Of a stretch of DNA of 64,000 nt, positions 22,976 through 32,162 are shown one piece after another. Within the stretch, counting starts at the first letter, position 1, and each line of letters starts with the position of its first letter. Origin of the DNA: Gammaproteobacteria bacterium (GTDB lineage: Bacteria; Pseudomonadota; Gammaproteobacteria; SZUA-140). The translations under genes and the position numbers were made by a program. The notes beneath the pieces are model-generated. The model worked only from the letters and a program-made list of their open reading frames with translations, was not told the origin of the DNA and did no database searches. Location of the stretch: positions 43,367-107,366 of the forward strand of contig JAKISP010000002.1 in assembly GCA_021648525.1 (NCBI GenBank), given 5' to 3'.

Positions 22976-23716
22976 GTGAATAAAAACCAAACAATACAGA
23001 AATCAGTAACTGATGAAATCAACGACTTTATCGAACCCTGTTTTCTCAATAGCACCCGCTGGATAAACACACCAGCCAATAACAACATCGAAAAAATAGC
23101 CCATTACCTGTCACATCAAATTTCCAGAATGCCACAGGACCTTACAAGCCACGCGCAACGAATTTCTCTTTACCTCCGCGAGGGCGATACTGAAAATACG
23201 TATGCAGCACTATTAGATCTTTTCCTTGTTCTTGGCAACAAAGGCCTGCCATTACGCAAGCGGCTACTACAGCAAGCAGTCTCTGTCATCACCGCAGAAA
23301 ATTATGGCTTTTTATCAAGCACACTTCCAACGGCGCTAGTAATCACATGCAACACACCACTATCACATCTTTCCGCACTAAGCCTTGGAAGAACCAGTGA
23401 GAAAAAAATCATACGAAAAACCAGTGACGAGCAGTCACAAAAAAAAGAATCGCCACTATTGATTGTGCGCGACCTGCTTAATTCAGGACAAATTTCACAG
23501 GCACAGTCAATTCTGGAATCAGCATTACTAACCGAACCTGATAATGATGATATCAGCGACGAATTACTACAGATCTATCGTCATACCCATGATAGAAGCG
23601 GCTGCATTCAGATGCTTAAAAAATTGTCATCAAGTCCATTAGCAGGCCGAGAGAAATGGACAGAACTGATTATTACACTCGACCAGGACAGCATGAAGAG
23701 CTCTCTCAGTGCGTAA
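22976..23716 (+). CDS. Helical/TPR-like protein, first gene of the GTPase operon
   Basis: YAALLDLFLVLG, C-terminal TPR-like repeat (LNSGQISQAQSILESAL...ELLQIY); overlaps the next gene. Confidence 0.7.
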   Translation: MNKNQTIQKSVTDEINDFIEPCFLNSTRWINTPANNNIEKIAHYLSHQISRMPQDLTSHAQRISLYLREGDTENTYAALLDLFLVLGNKGLPLRKRLLQQAVSVITAENYGFLSSTLPTALVITCNTPLSHLSALSLGRTSEKKIIRKTSDEQSQKKESPLLIVRDLLNSGQISQAQSILESALLTEPDNDDISDELLQIYRHTHDRSGCIQMLKKLSSSPLAGREKWTELIITLDQDSMKSSLSA

Positions 23717-24842
23717 ACAGAAAATAACCAATCCCATTCGAATTACCACACTCGGGCTTGATAAGCGCTCGCAAGAGGTGCTGCGAATGGCATTTTCAAG
23801 CGTCGCAAAGGGCGAGTGTATTTTGTCTGATAGTGCCTCAGCAGATGTCGGCCTCTGTAATATGGATAGCCACAATGCAAATACATTATGGAGTGAAAAT
23901 AAAACACGCTATCCCGAACGCCCTATGGTTGTAATTTCAATCAAGAAACCACAACTTGAAAATTGCACATATGTAAAAAAACCGATAAACATCACCGTGC
24001 TTGTCGATGCAATCAAAGGTGCCTTTAGTAGTGCCGCCATCCAGCACTCGGCAACTTATGCAACCAATGGAACACATGCCAGCACACAGGAAGTTCAACT
24101 TCCTCCGCAGCAACCAGAAAAGAGCATTCAAGAGACACCCATGGATTCTCCTCTAGCACCTGTTGAACAATGGAATGATGAAAGTAACACGAGTATCAAC
24201 TATTACTCTCCAGCAGATTATTTGCAGGAAGAGCTACAAAATGCTGTTACACAGGCGAATGAAAAAAATCTATCCGCACAATATTCAGTCAAGTTGAACG
24301 ACGTCTGGCTACACATCGCGGTTGACCCAGTTCATAATAAAGTGGTATCTGAAATCAGCGATCAAATGCTTAAACCCCTGTGCACGACACCACGCTACTG
24401 TATTGAAGCCAGGTTAAAATTTCTCAGTAAAAACAGATCCCATTTTGATGTCTGTCAGAGTGATAAACCCTATCACGAATGCTCCATTGATCAATTCATC
24501 TGGAAGATAGCGCTCTGGACATCTGCAGGCAGACTGTCAAAAGACATGAGTCCATCCACTTCGATACAACTCAAGCACTGGCCGAATTTAACACGCCTGA
24601 CACAGTCAGAAAATGATATCAGGATTGCAGCACTACTCTCCGAACAGCCAGCCGCACCAGCCCTGATTTCCAAGGTGCTGGGGATACCAATCTCTCAGAT
24701 TTTTTCTTTTTACGCTGCCGCACATGCACTTAATCTTGCCGCACCAGTCGTTAATGTGGCGAAAAAACCAGCGTTTAATATTCAACAAAAAAGCAAACAT
24801 CATTCGCTATTTAGCAAAATACTCGAGAAATTTTCTGGTTAA
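23709..24842 (+). CDS. Degenerate receiver-like domain plus C-terminal helical/wHTH-like domain
   Basis: N-terminal REC-like pattern ending in KKPIN without the acidic pocket; C-terminal WKIALWTSAGRL...LKHWPNLTRL...FYAAAHALNL. Confidence 0.65.
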   Translation: MRKQKITNPIRITTLGLDKRSQEVLRMAFSSVAKGECILSDSASADVGLCNMDSHNANTLWSENKTRYPERPMVVISIKKPQLENCTYVKKPINITVLVDAIKGAFSSAAIQHSATYATNGTHASTQEVQLPPQQPEKSIQETPMDSPLAPVEQWNDESNTSINYYSPADYLQEELQNAVTQANEKNLSAQYSVKLNDVWLHIAVDPVHNKVVSEISDQMLKPLCTTPRYCIEARLKFLSKNRSHFDVCQSDKPYHECSIDQFIWKIALWTSAGRLSKDMSPSTSIQLKHWPNLTRLTQSENDIRIAALLSEQPAAPALISKVLGIPISQIFSFYAAAHALNLAAPVVNVAKKPAFNIQQKSKHHSLFSKILEKFSG

Positions 24843-24875
24843 CACTAAACCTACCCATAAAGATACCTCACGATC

Positions 24876-25418
24876 ATGCCTGGAAACAATCACAAAATAA
24901 TATTCACCGGTCCTGTTGGCGCAGGAAAGACAACAGCGATTGGCGCTATTAGTGATATTGCCGTTTTAAAAACGGATGAAAATGCACAGGACATGACCAA
25001 AAAACGCAAGCAGGCAACAACCGTAGCGCTAGATTATGGGCTATTAAAATTAGGTGAAGATGAACGTATTCATCTCTATGGCACACCTGGCCAGGAACGT
25101 TTTGATTTCATGTGGGAGATATTAACCAATGGTGGCCTTGGCCTGATTTTATTACTTGATAACTCGCGACCAACTCCCTTCAAAGACATGAGTTTTTTTC
25201 TTAATGCATTCCGCGATTTTATTTGTGATAACAAAATGGTCATCGGGATTACACACATGGAATACAACGAGACGCCAAAAATAGAGGCGTATCATCAACA
25301 GTTACATAAACATGGCATCAAAGCACCCGTATTAGAAATTGATGCACGAGAAAAAAATGATATCGAAACATTAGTCAAAACACTTCTTTATTCACTTGAC
25401 CCGTGGCTGGGCAAGTAA
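24876..25418 (+). CDS. MglA/CvnD-like small GTPase
   Basis: G1 GPVGAGKT, G2 TTVALDYG, G3 GTPGQERF, G4-like THME, G5 DAR. Confidence 0.9.
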   Translation: MPGNNHKIIFTGPVGAGKTTAIGAISDIAVLKTDENAQDMTKKRKQATTVALDYGLLKLGEDERIHLYGTPGQERFDFMWEILTNGGLGLILLLDNSRPTPFKDMSFFLNAFRDFICDNKMVIGITHMEYNETPKIEAYHQQLHKHGIKAPVLEIDAREKNDIETLVKTLLYSLDPWLGK

Positions 25419-26104
25419 TGAGTCAATACGAACTGATCGATACAAGATTTGTTTTGCCATCACCAGCAGGCACATATTACGCGATATCAAACAACCAGGA
25501 AGAGCGCTCCAGAGGACTACTACTTGCTTTAATGACACAGGCAAGTAGCCAGAAGATATCCACGGATACGCTTTCGGTCTGGTTAGACAATGACGATATG
25601 GAAACATCATTGGCGCTGCTTCACAAGATTCAACAATTAGGCTGGCTAAGACCAGATGATGAACAAACATCGGCACCAACTGGGGCCCTTGAGGAAATAA
25701 TACCACCGCTGCTGGCGACATTATGCAACACAGAAAAATCACTACTTGCAGATCATCAGGGCTTTACACTCGCTGCTCATGGGTTCACTCATGAAGCAGC
25801 CGAAGAATTATCAGCGCTCAGTGCAGATCTCATCGCCCTGAGACTACGGCACGGTAGTTTACTGACCAGGAATCTCAAACTTAATACGCAAGCCATCGGT
25901 CTTATTGATGCAGCAGGCAATAGCCAGCTAGGGTTCTGGCCACTGCACATTGGCAAGCACTGCTTTACGCTAGTAATGAGCGGCATACCTCAATTTAATC
26001 AAGCTAGTTTTACTAATTTAATCTGGCTACTAACGACCCGCTATGGATCAAGTGATGATGCTACCAAATCATCAATTAACAAGATGTTTTACGCAGATAA
26101 ATAA
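25418..26104 (+). CDS. Protein with C-terminal degenerate Roadblock/LC7 domain
   Basis: SLLADHQGFTLAAHGF...AEELSALSA is a Roadblock-like pattern; TAATG overlap with the GTPase gene. Confidence 0.7.
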   Translation: MSQYELIDTRFVLPSPAGTYYAISNNQEERSRGLLLALMTQASSQKISTDTLSVWLDNDDMETSLALLHKIQQLGWLRPDDEQTSAPTGALEEIIPPLLATLCNTEKSLLADHQGFTLAAHGFTHEAAEELSALSADLIALRLRHGSLLTRNLKLNTQAIGLIDAAGNSQLGFWPLHIGKHCFTLVMSGIPQFNQASFTNLIWLLTTRYGSSDDATKSSINKMFYADK

Positions 26105-26166
26105 TCTGAACCACAAGTTATTCAATAACACATACAACAAAAATTTCGAAACAAGGAGTTAATATA

Positions 26167-26529
26167 ATGCGAGCCGATATTTTAAATTCTATTCTATCTG
26201 AGTTGAACGGTACCTCAGCCGAAATAGAAGCATCTGCCATCTTATCAACAGATGGCCTTATGATGGCATCAATGTTACCCGCTGGAATGGATGAAGATAG
26301 AGTGGGTGCAATGGCTGCAGCCATGCTCTCGCTCGGTGACAGAACCTCTGAAGAACTCGCACGTGGCGGGCTTGAACAAGTACTGATAAAAGGGGAAAAA
26401 GGTTACGTTCTAATGACGCATGCAGGTGATGAATCAGTACTATCAGTGCTTGCAAAACCAGGCGCTCGCCTTGGGCTAATATTTTTAGATGTAAAACGTG
26501 CTGCAGAATCAATTGAGAAACTGGTTTAA
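26167..26529 (+). CDS. Roadblock/LC7 (MglB-like) protein
   Basis: AILSTDGLMMAS, DRVGAMAAAMLSLG, LEQVLIKGEKGYV, LGLIFLDVKRAA. Confidence 0.93.
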   Translation: MRADILNSILSELNGTSAEIEASAILSTDGLMMASMLPAGMDEDRVGAMAAAMLSLGDRTSEELARGGLEQVLIKGEKGYVLMTHAGDESVLSVLAKPGARLGLIFLDVKRAAESIEKLV

Positions 26530-26553
26530 ACCAGTCACGACAGGAAAATTCAC

Positions 26554-27024
26554 ATGAAAGACATGATGCCTGACGACATTTCTGGCGAGTACCAGGAACA
26601 TATGTTCAACTACCATGATGGTACTCAGCGAAAAGCCCTGTTCACCAATATCGAAACACAACTACCAGAAGGTAGTCTGATCGTTTCTCGTACAGACCTC
26701 CGCGGCATCATTACTGATGTAAACCAGTCATTTATCGATATGTCCGCTTATCATAAAGATGAGTTAATCGGCCAACCTCATTACATTCTTCGACATCCAG
26801 ATATGCCTGCCGCCGCATTTGGCGATCTCTGGAAAACGGTTCAACAGCGAAATAAATGGTATGGATACGTCAAAAATCTCCGCAAAGACGGCGGCTTTTA
26901 TTGGGTATACGCCACCGTTATCGCAAACGTTCGAAATGGTGACATTACTGGCTTTACATCTGTTCGCCGCAAAACTTCGCGCACTAAAATTAATGAAGCC
27001 GAAACCTATTATCAAACTTTATAA
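26554..27024 (+). CDS. Stand-alone Aer-type PAS domain protein
   Basis: IVSRTDLRGII, GQPHYILRHPDMP, LWKTV, VKNLRKDGGFYWV, SVRR; no MCP or kinase domain. Confidence 0.88.
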   Translation: MKDMMPDDISGEYQEHMFNYHDGTQRKALFTNIETQLPEGSLIVSRTDLRGIITDVNQSFIDMSAYHKDELIGQPHYILRHPDMPAAAFGDLWKTVQQRNKWYGYVKNLRKDGGFYWVYATVIANVRNGDITGFTSVRRKTSRTKINEAETYYQTL

Positions 27025-27038
27025 CAGGATCATCAACC

Positions 27039-27785
27039 ATGACCCATAACTTCACAGTCAGTCCAGACTTCAATCCAGGCCATATATCTGGCTGGTATAT
27101 CTTTAATACATGGCTTCAACGAGCCATCAATGAAGAGATCCACCTGGAACTCTACAATAGTGCAAAAGAACAACGAAAAGCGATTGCTGATGATCAGGTT
27201 GAATTAATTTATGCCAATCCTTATGACGCGACAGCACTGGTAAGAGACAAAGGCTTTATTCCCGTGGCACGTGCAGATAACAAAGCGGATGAGGCCATCA
27301 TCGCTGTCAATCATGAAAGCCCAATCCTCAATGTTGAACAACTCACTGATGGCACCAGAATTTCCAGTACGGATGACCCAGACGTACGCATGATGTGCAT
27401 GATCATGCTTGAGCCTGCGGGGTTAAATAAAAGCAATACCATCACCATACAACGTGATGCTTATATTCTGATTGCTAAAGATCTTTTAAAAAATGATGCC
27501 GACATTGGTTTCTTTCTCGAAGAGACATACAACGAACTCTCTGACATAACAAAAAAACAATTAAGACCTATTGTACACAGTCAGATTCATGTCATCCATC
27601 ATCTACTGCTTGTCGGCCCTAAATTAGCACACAAAAAAAATGACATGCAATCATCACTACTTTCAATGGCTGATGACTCAAAAGGGGCCGGTGTATTAAA
27701 AAGTCTGAACTTCGAACGCTGGGTAGCGGTTGAACAGGAAGAGGCCGAATTCATGATTGACTTAATGGATACATTAGCCGAATAA
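27039..27785 (+). CDS. PhnD/phosphonate-type substrate-binding-fold protein lacking a signal peptide
   Basis: ELIYANPYDA, GFIPVAR, ADIGFF; polar N-terminus; no ABC permease or ATPase nearby. Confidence 0.7.
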   Translation: MTHNFTVSPDFNPGHISGWYIFNTWLQRAINEEIHLELYNSAKEQRKAIADDQVELIYANPYDATALVRDKGFIPVARADNKADEAIIAVNHESPILNVEQLTDGTRISSTDDPDVRMMCMIMLEPAGLNKSNTITIQRDAYILIAKDLLKNDADIGFFLEETYNELSDITKKQLRPIVHSQIHVIHHLLLVGPKLAHKKNDMQSSLLSMADDSKGAGVLKSLNFERWVAVEQEEAEFMIDLMDTLAE

Positions 27786-27807
27786 AATTTCTGCAGACTG
27801 ATGGTAA

Positions 27808-28902
27808 CTACGGATTAGACTCCTCTTTTTTAGAGTCACGCAACCGCTGAAGTTTTTCAAGTATACGTTCAGCCCGACCAATATGCTCTAGCGCCTGTTT
27901 GTTATCGGGAGCCAGCGCTAGTGCATTTTTCCAGGCACCAATTGCCTCCATATACCGCCCCAACCCATAATGCTCAACACCCAGGGCAATACTTTCTTTC
28001 ACCTGCTTATCTAGAAGCAAATTCAACTCCTGAGAAAGCGCAACCTCACTCTCATTCAAATTACCTAACAATTTCAACCTGCCAACATAATCTAATGCCT
28101 TAGTCAGATCATGATTCTCAATAGACTCAAGCAAGGATACATTGAGAATTTCTCGCATCTTCCGTCTACTTTCAATAACAACTTGTTGCTGCCTACGCTC
28201 ATTTTCCGCTTGCTGTTTCACCAACAACTGCTGGCCCTCTTCGACTGCTTGTTTAAGCTCGCCTATCATTGGCGCGGGGTTAAGCTCCCAGGCAAGACTA
28301 AGTAATTTTTCCGCATTGGAAAAATCATCCTGCTCCAATGCTACTCGCCCACGTTCAGCAAGCAATTCAGCAATTTTTTCTGATTTTTCTTTATCTCTTT
28401 TCCAGCGACTCTCTTTTAGCCAGTTACCTGGGGTAATCAATGCCAGTTCTTTCTGAATACTAATCGTGTTACTCAACCATTCCGCTTTCAACACCAACAA
28501 GTCTAGCTCCAATGCATCGACCCGAGTATATTGCTTAAAGTGCAACGACTGAAATGCTGAGTTAATTTTTTCACTGTCTGGAATGTTATTTAATGCGGTT
28601 TGATAATATTGTTTGGCACGATACCACTCCCCAGTCTTCTCAAGCGCCCGGCCCTCCTCCAGTATCTGCTGCTCATATACAATAGCCTGCTTATCAATTC
28701 CAGCAATTAACGCACTCACACTTGAATAGTCAGCGTGCGACTCAGGCACATGAGAAAGCACCATCTTCGCTTGCGCATACCGATCCTTCTCGACAAGAAA
28801 ATCAACCTTGTCGAGTACATTCGGCGAACGCGCATTTATATACGCACAACCCTGTGAAAATATCACCAGGAAAATAAGAAAGACTAATTTAGCGCTTTTC
28901 AT
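27808..28902 (-). CDS. TPR-repeat lipoprotein
   Basis: Lipobox-like FSQG-C after a hydrophobic leader; TPRs (YGLGRYMEAIGAWKNALALAPDN); 4-bp overlap with the cyclase gene. Confidence 0.78.
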   Translation of the reverse strand: MKSAKLVFLIFLVIFSQGCAYINARSPNVLDKVDFLVEKDRYAQAKMVLSHVPESHADYSSVSALIAGIDKQAIVYEQQILEEGRALEKTGEWYRAKQYYQTALNNIPDSEKINSAFQSLHFKQYTRVDALELDLLVLKAEWLSNTISIQKELALITPGNWLKESRWKRDKEKSEKIAELLAERGRVALEQDDFSNAEKLLSLAWELNPAPMIGELKQAVEEGQQLLVKQQAENERRQQQVVIESRRKMREILNVSLLESIENHDLTKALDYVGRLKLLGNLNESEVALSQELNLLLDKQVKESIALGVEHYGLGRYMEAIGAWKNALALAPDNKQALEHIGRAERILEKLQRLRDSKKEESNP

Positions 28903-30371
28903 GTCGATACAGATACGTCGCTAGAATTCATAACCATCGCTATTGCATCATCAACCATCGCCTGCTGTTTTTCATCAACACCGGTCACATGATAAGTCAC
29001 CACCGCTTCTTTTTTTCCTTTTAGTGATAATTTTTTAAAGCGAGTACTAACGATACCCTGAGATTGCAGTGCAATATTAAGTTCATCACTAATTAAAATT
29101 TCATCCGCATCCGCCGCCGAAGCCAGACGTGATGCAGTATTAACCGCATCACCGACCACCGTATAGTCCATGCGTTCAGCAGCACCCATATTACCCGCCA
29201 ACATCATGCCACTATTAATACCGATTCTAAAGCGAACTTGCGTCAGGTTCTGATCTGCCCTCTGGCAGTTAACTATTTTGATTAATTTTTGAATCGTAAT
29301 CGCACATGCCGCCGCATGAAAACTATGTTCAGCATCATGCTCCGGCACACCAAACACAAGCATCGCACAATCACCCATGTATTTATCAATGTGCCCGCCA
29401 TAGCAATGTGCTGCCTGCGCAATAATACTAAAGTACTCATTCAGAAGGCTGTTCACCTGTTCTGGATGTAGTTCTTCCGAAAGCCGGGTAAAACCAACGA
29501 TATCAGCAAACAACACACTTGCTTCAACATGCTGCCCGCCCAGCTTCACCTGGTTCATATTGGACAACACGGCCTTAGCAACCTGTGGTGAAACGTAACG
29601 TGAAAATGTCTGTTCCACTTGCTCTTTACGCAGTAGCCCTTCCGTCATTTCATTCATCGATTGCATCAGTGAACCCAGTTCATCTTTACGCTGATCATTG
29701 AGACGAACATGGTAATCACCGGCTGAAATCGCTCGGCCCGCATTAATCAGTTGATGGATAGGGCGGGTTAAGCGCTTGCCCAATATAAAAGACGCGATAA
29801 AACCCAGTATCACTAATAATAGTGTCGCGCCCACCACCGCTCGAACAGTTTTTTGATGGGCAAGCATTCTTAAGCGTTGATCAAAAGTGATGAGTACATA
29901 CCCTGCCGTCACATCCCTGAAAAAGACAGGTTTAAAAAATGAGACCATATCAAGCTGACCAGGGCCCATTATATTTCCCTGCCATTCCAGTTTAATCACT
30001 TGCCCCAGGGCCGCTGCAATACGCAGGTCACCCGGCACCGCACCCTTTTTCACCACGAGCTCTTTGTTCTCATTGTAAATAGCTGCACCAAGAATCCCCG
30101 CTTCACCTGCAAGGCTGTTAACCACAATCTCAAGATTAAGGTGGTCATTGGCCAGGAGCGGTTCGCGTGAAAATTCAGCCATCAACCTTAAAACTGTATT
30201 TCCCGATTCACTCACCTGCTGCTCAAGAATATTGCTTTGGTTGTGGACAATGAACAGCCCCAGCAAACCCATCCCGCAACTAATCAATAACGTGAATACT
30301 AATGCCAGTTTATAGGCAATAGGGAAGTATGCCGGCAGAAATGCTGTCAGATTTTGGCGTAACTTTTTCAT
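28899..30371 (-). CDS. Membrane-bound class III adenylate cyclase (2 TM, periplasmic domain, HAMP)
   Basis: FADIVGFT, DKYMGDCAM, DYTVVGDAVNTASRL; HAMP segment RPIHQL...DELGSL. Confidence 0.92.
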   Translation of the reverse strand: MKKLRQNLTAFLPAYFPIAYKLALVFTLLISCGMGLLGLFIVHNQSNILEQQVSESGNTVLRLMAEFSREPLLANDHLNLEIVVNSLAGEAGILGAAIYNENKELVVKKGAVPGDLRIAAALGQVIKLEWQGNIMGPGQLDMVSFFKPVFFRDVTAGYVLITFDQRLRMLAHQKTVRAVVGATLLLVILGFIASFILGKRLTRPIHQLINAGRAISAGDYHVRLNDQRKDELGSLMQSMNEMTEGLLRKEQVEQTFSRYVSPQVAKAVLSNMNQVKLGGQHVEASVLFADIVGFTRLSEELHPEQVNSLLNEYFSIIAQAAHCYGGHIDKYMGDCAMLVFGVPEHDAEHSFHAAACAITIQKLIKIVNCQRADQNLTQVRFRIGINSGMMLAGNMGAAERMDYTVVGDAVNTASRLASAADADEILISDELNIALQSQGIVSTRFKKLSLKGKKEAVVTYHVTGVDEKQQAMVDDAIAMVMNSSDVSVST

Positions 30372-30795
30372 TAAGTTCCAGAAACTACCATCACTACTCA
30401 GTTTTAAACGCGTACGGCTGACAACCTGGCACCTTGCGTTACCAATAAGCCTGCCACCCCCTATTGCGCAAATCAGCTCAATACCAGAATATCATCGATA
30501 AAGCGATGCCTGTCGATACACCACTGTGAATCCTCTTTAAAGTCTCAACAGGTACAAAAGCACCAGCCATTTTACCAAATAACCTATCTAGCTCGGTAAA
30601 CATACATCTAACTTATCGAAATTCAGTCCGCTCGATACCAGACATCATGCACCATATAACGCAATTTATACAGCAGCACCTGTAAACCAACGCCTGTCAA
30701 AAACTCCAAAAACCATATCACTGAGTAACTGGCAATCGTCAACGAATTATGTTGAGATTATTTAGACATTTCGCAGCCATAATATTTGGGGAGTA

Positions 30796-31068
30796 ATGAT
30801 AATGACATATACCAATGACCTACTCGACGAACTTAATATCCTACTGCAATTCAATCTAGAAACGACTCAGGAAGGGATTAAAATCCACCGCTCAGCGGGT
30901 ACCGCTACCATCGACGCCACCACACGCTTATTTAATAAAGGGCTCGTCACTCAAGCCGATGGTGGCTATCTCACTGATTTAGGGCATATTGCTGCCGAAC
31001 ATGCCCAGACCAGCTACGCCATTCTAACACCCGTCCATGAATCATCACTAAAGCCAGCCTCAATGTAA
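30796..31068 (+). CDS. Small conserved protein, TIGR02647-like
   Basis: ELNILLQF, EGIKIH, RLFNKGLVTQADGGYLT; family recalled from memory. Confidence 0.7.
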   Translation: MIMTYTNDLLDELNILLQFNLETTQEGIKIHRSAGTATIDATTRLFNKGLVTQADGGYLTDLGHIAAEHAQTSYAILTPVHESSLKPASM

Positions 31069-31177
31069 ACGATACATCAACTATATAAATAGTGAAAATG
31101 GCGCGATGAGCCCATTCGAGATGTGGCTGTTTTCATCCTGGTAACCCATTCTACGAGCATAACAGGGGTCTGAAACG

Positions 31178-31783
31178 ATGAAAATCCAGGTATTAACCAA
31201 AAAATTACACGAACTCAAAGAAAAGCAGCAGAAGATTGAAACCGCCTGGCGTAAAACAGGCAATCGTGAATTTCTTGAATTCATGGTGGAATTACTCCCC
31301 AAAGCACTCAGCGCTGAACGCTGCAGTATTTTCATCAACAATCCTGACAATAATAACGTCTGGATCCAATGTGGCACGGGGCTTCAGGAAAAACAGATTT
31401 CTGTGCCCAAAGATAGCTCCGTGGTGGGAAAAGTGATCGCCAGCGGTAAGATTATCATGGAAAATAATCTCGCTAATCAAATGGGTGCACACGACACAAT
31501 CGCCTTCAAAACCGGTTTTACCTCTAAAAGCACCATCTGTGTGCCCGTATTAGGGGCAAAAACACAGCAGGTAGCGGGTGCCATTCAGGTGCTTAATAAA
31601 CTCAATACCGAGTCTGCATTTACCCAGGACGACATTGAATTTGTCAAAAAATTAGCTCACCACATCCAGGTCAATATCGAAAACATTTACCAACGGCAGG
31701 AGATGGCCAATATCGCTGAAGAGATCGGCAAGAAAGTTAGCCTCATCGAAGCCAAATTGAAATCACTTGGGCATGTTGAATAG
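31178..31783 (+). CDS. Stand-alone GAF domain protein
   Basis: AERCSIF, SVVGKVIASG, KTGFTSKSTICVPV, GAIQVLNK, FTQDD. Confidence 0.88.
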   Translation: MKIQVLTKKLHELKEKQQKIETAWRKTGNREFLEFMVELLPKALSAERCSIFINNPDNNNVWIQCGTGLQEKQISVPKDSSVVGKVIASGKIIMENNLANQMGAHDTIAFKTGFTSKSTICVPVLGAKTQQVAGAIQVLNKLNTESAFTQDDIEFVKKLAHHIQVNIENIYQRQEMANIAEEIGKKVSLIEAKLKSLGHVE

Positions 31784-31852
31784 CCCAGGACTTTACCCAG
31801 ATGCATTACCATCGATAAGAAATAGAACACCAGCGATACATAGATCGCATCA

Positions 31853-31980
31853 AAAACCGCTTTCATCGCACGCAACACCCTCTGCGTGCCGGTATTAATC
31901 CCCAGACACATACCACCATCGGGGCGATTCAGCTGCTCAATAAATATCTAGCAGATAGTGTATTGACTGAAAAAGACGCC
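31853..31980 (+). pseudogene. Frameshifted remnant of a second GAF-domain gene
   Basis: KTAFIARNTLCVPVL in one frame, then TTIGAIQLLNKYLADSVLTEKD in another; both align to the adjacent GAF protein. Confidence 0.65.
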
Positions 31981-32162
31981 CTCAGGATCAGCAATGCTTT
32001 CTCTCCTAAAGGTTTGTATACTAAGCAGACTTTATTAACATGCTGATAAGCATTCACTCGTTAACCCACTTAAACGCGTGACACAACAAAACAGTGAACA
32101 ACCAACAGAGGCTATGCTGTTCGTTAGCAGACAATCGCTAACTCGCAAGCAGGAGGAAAAAG

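Noticed and set aside
32040-32162. Moco riboswitch upstream of moeB
   Set aside because: Only a small gttagc/gctaac hairpin; no recognisable Moco RNA motif
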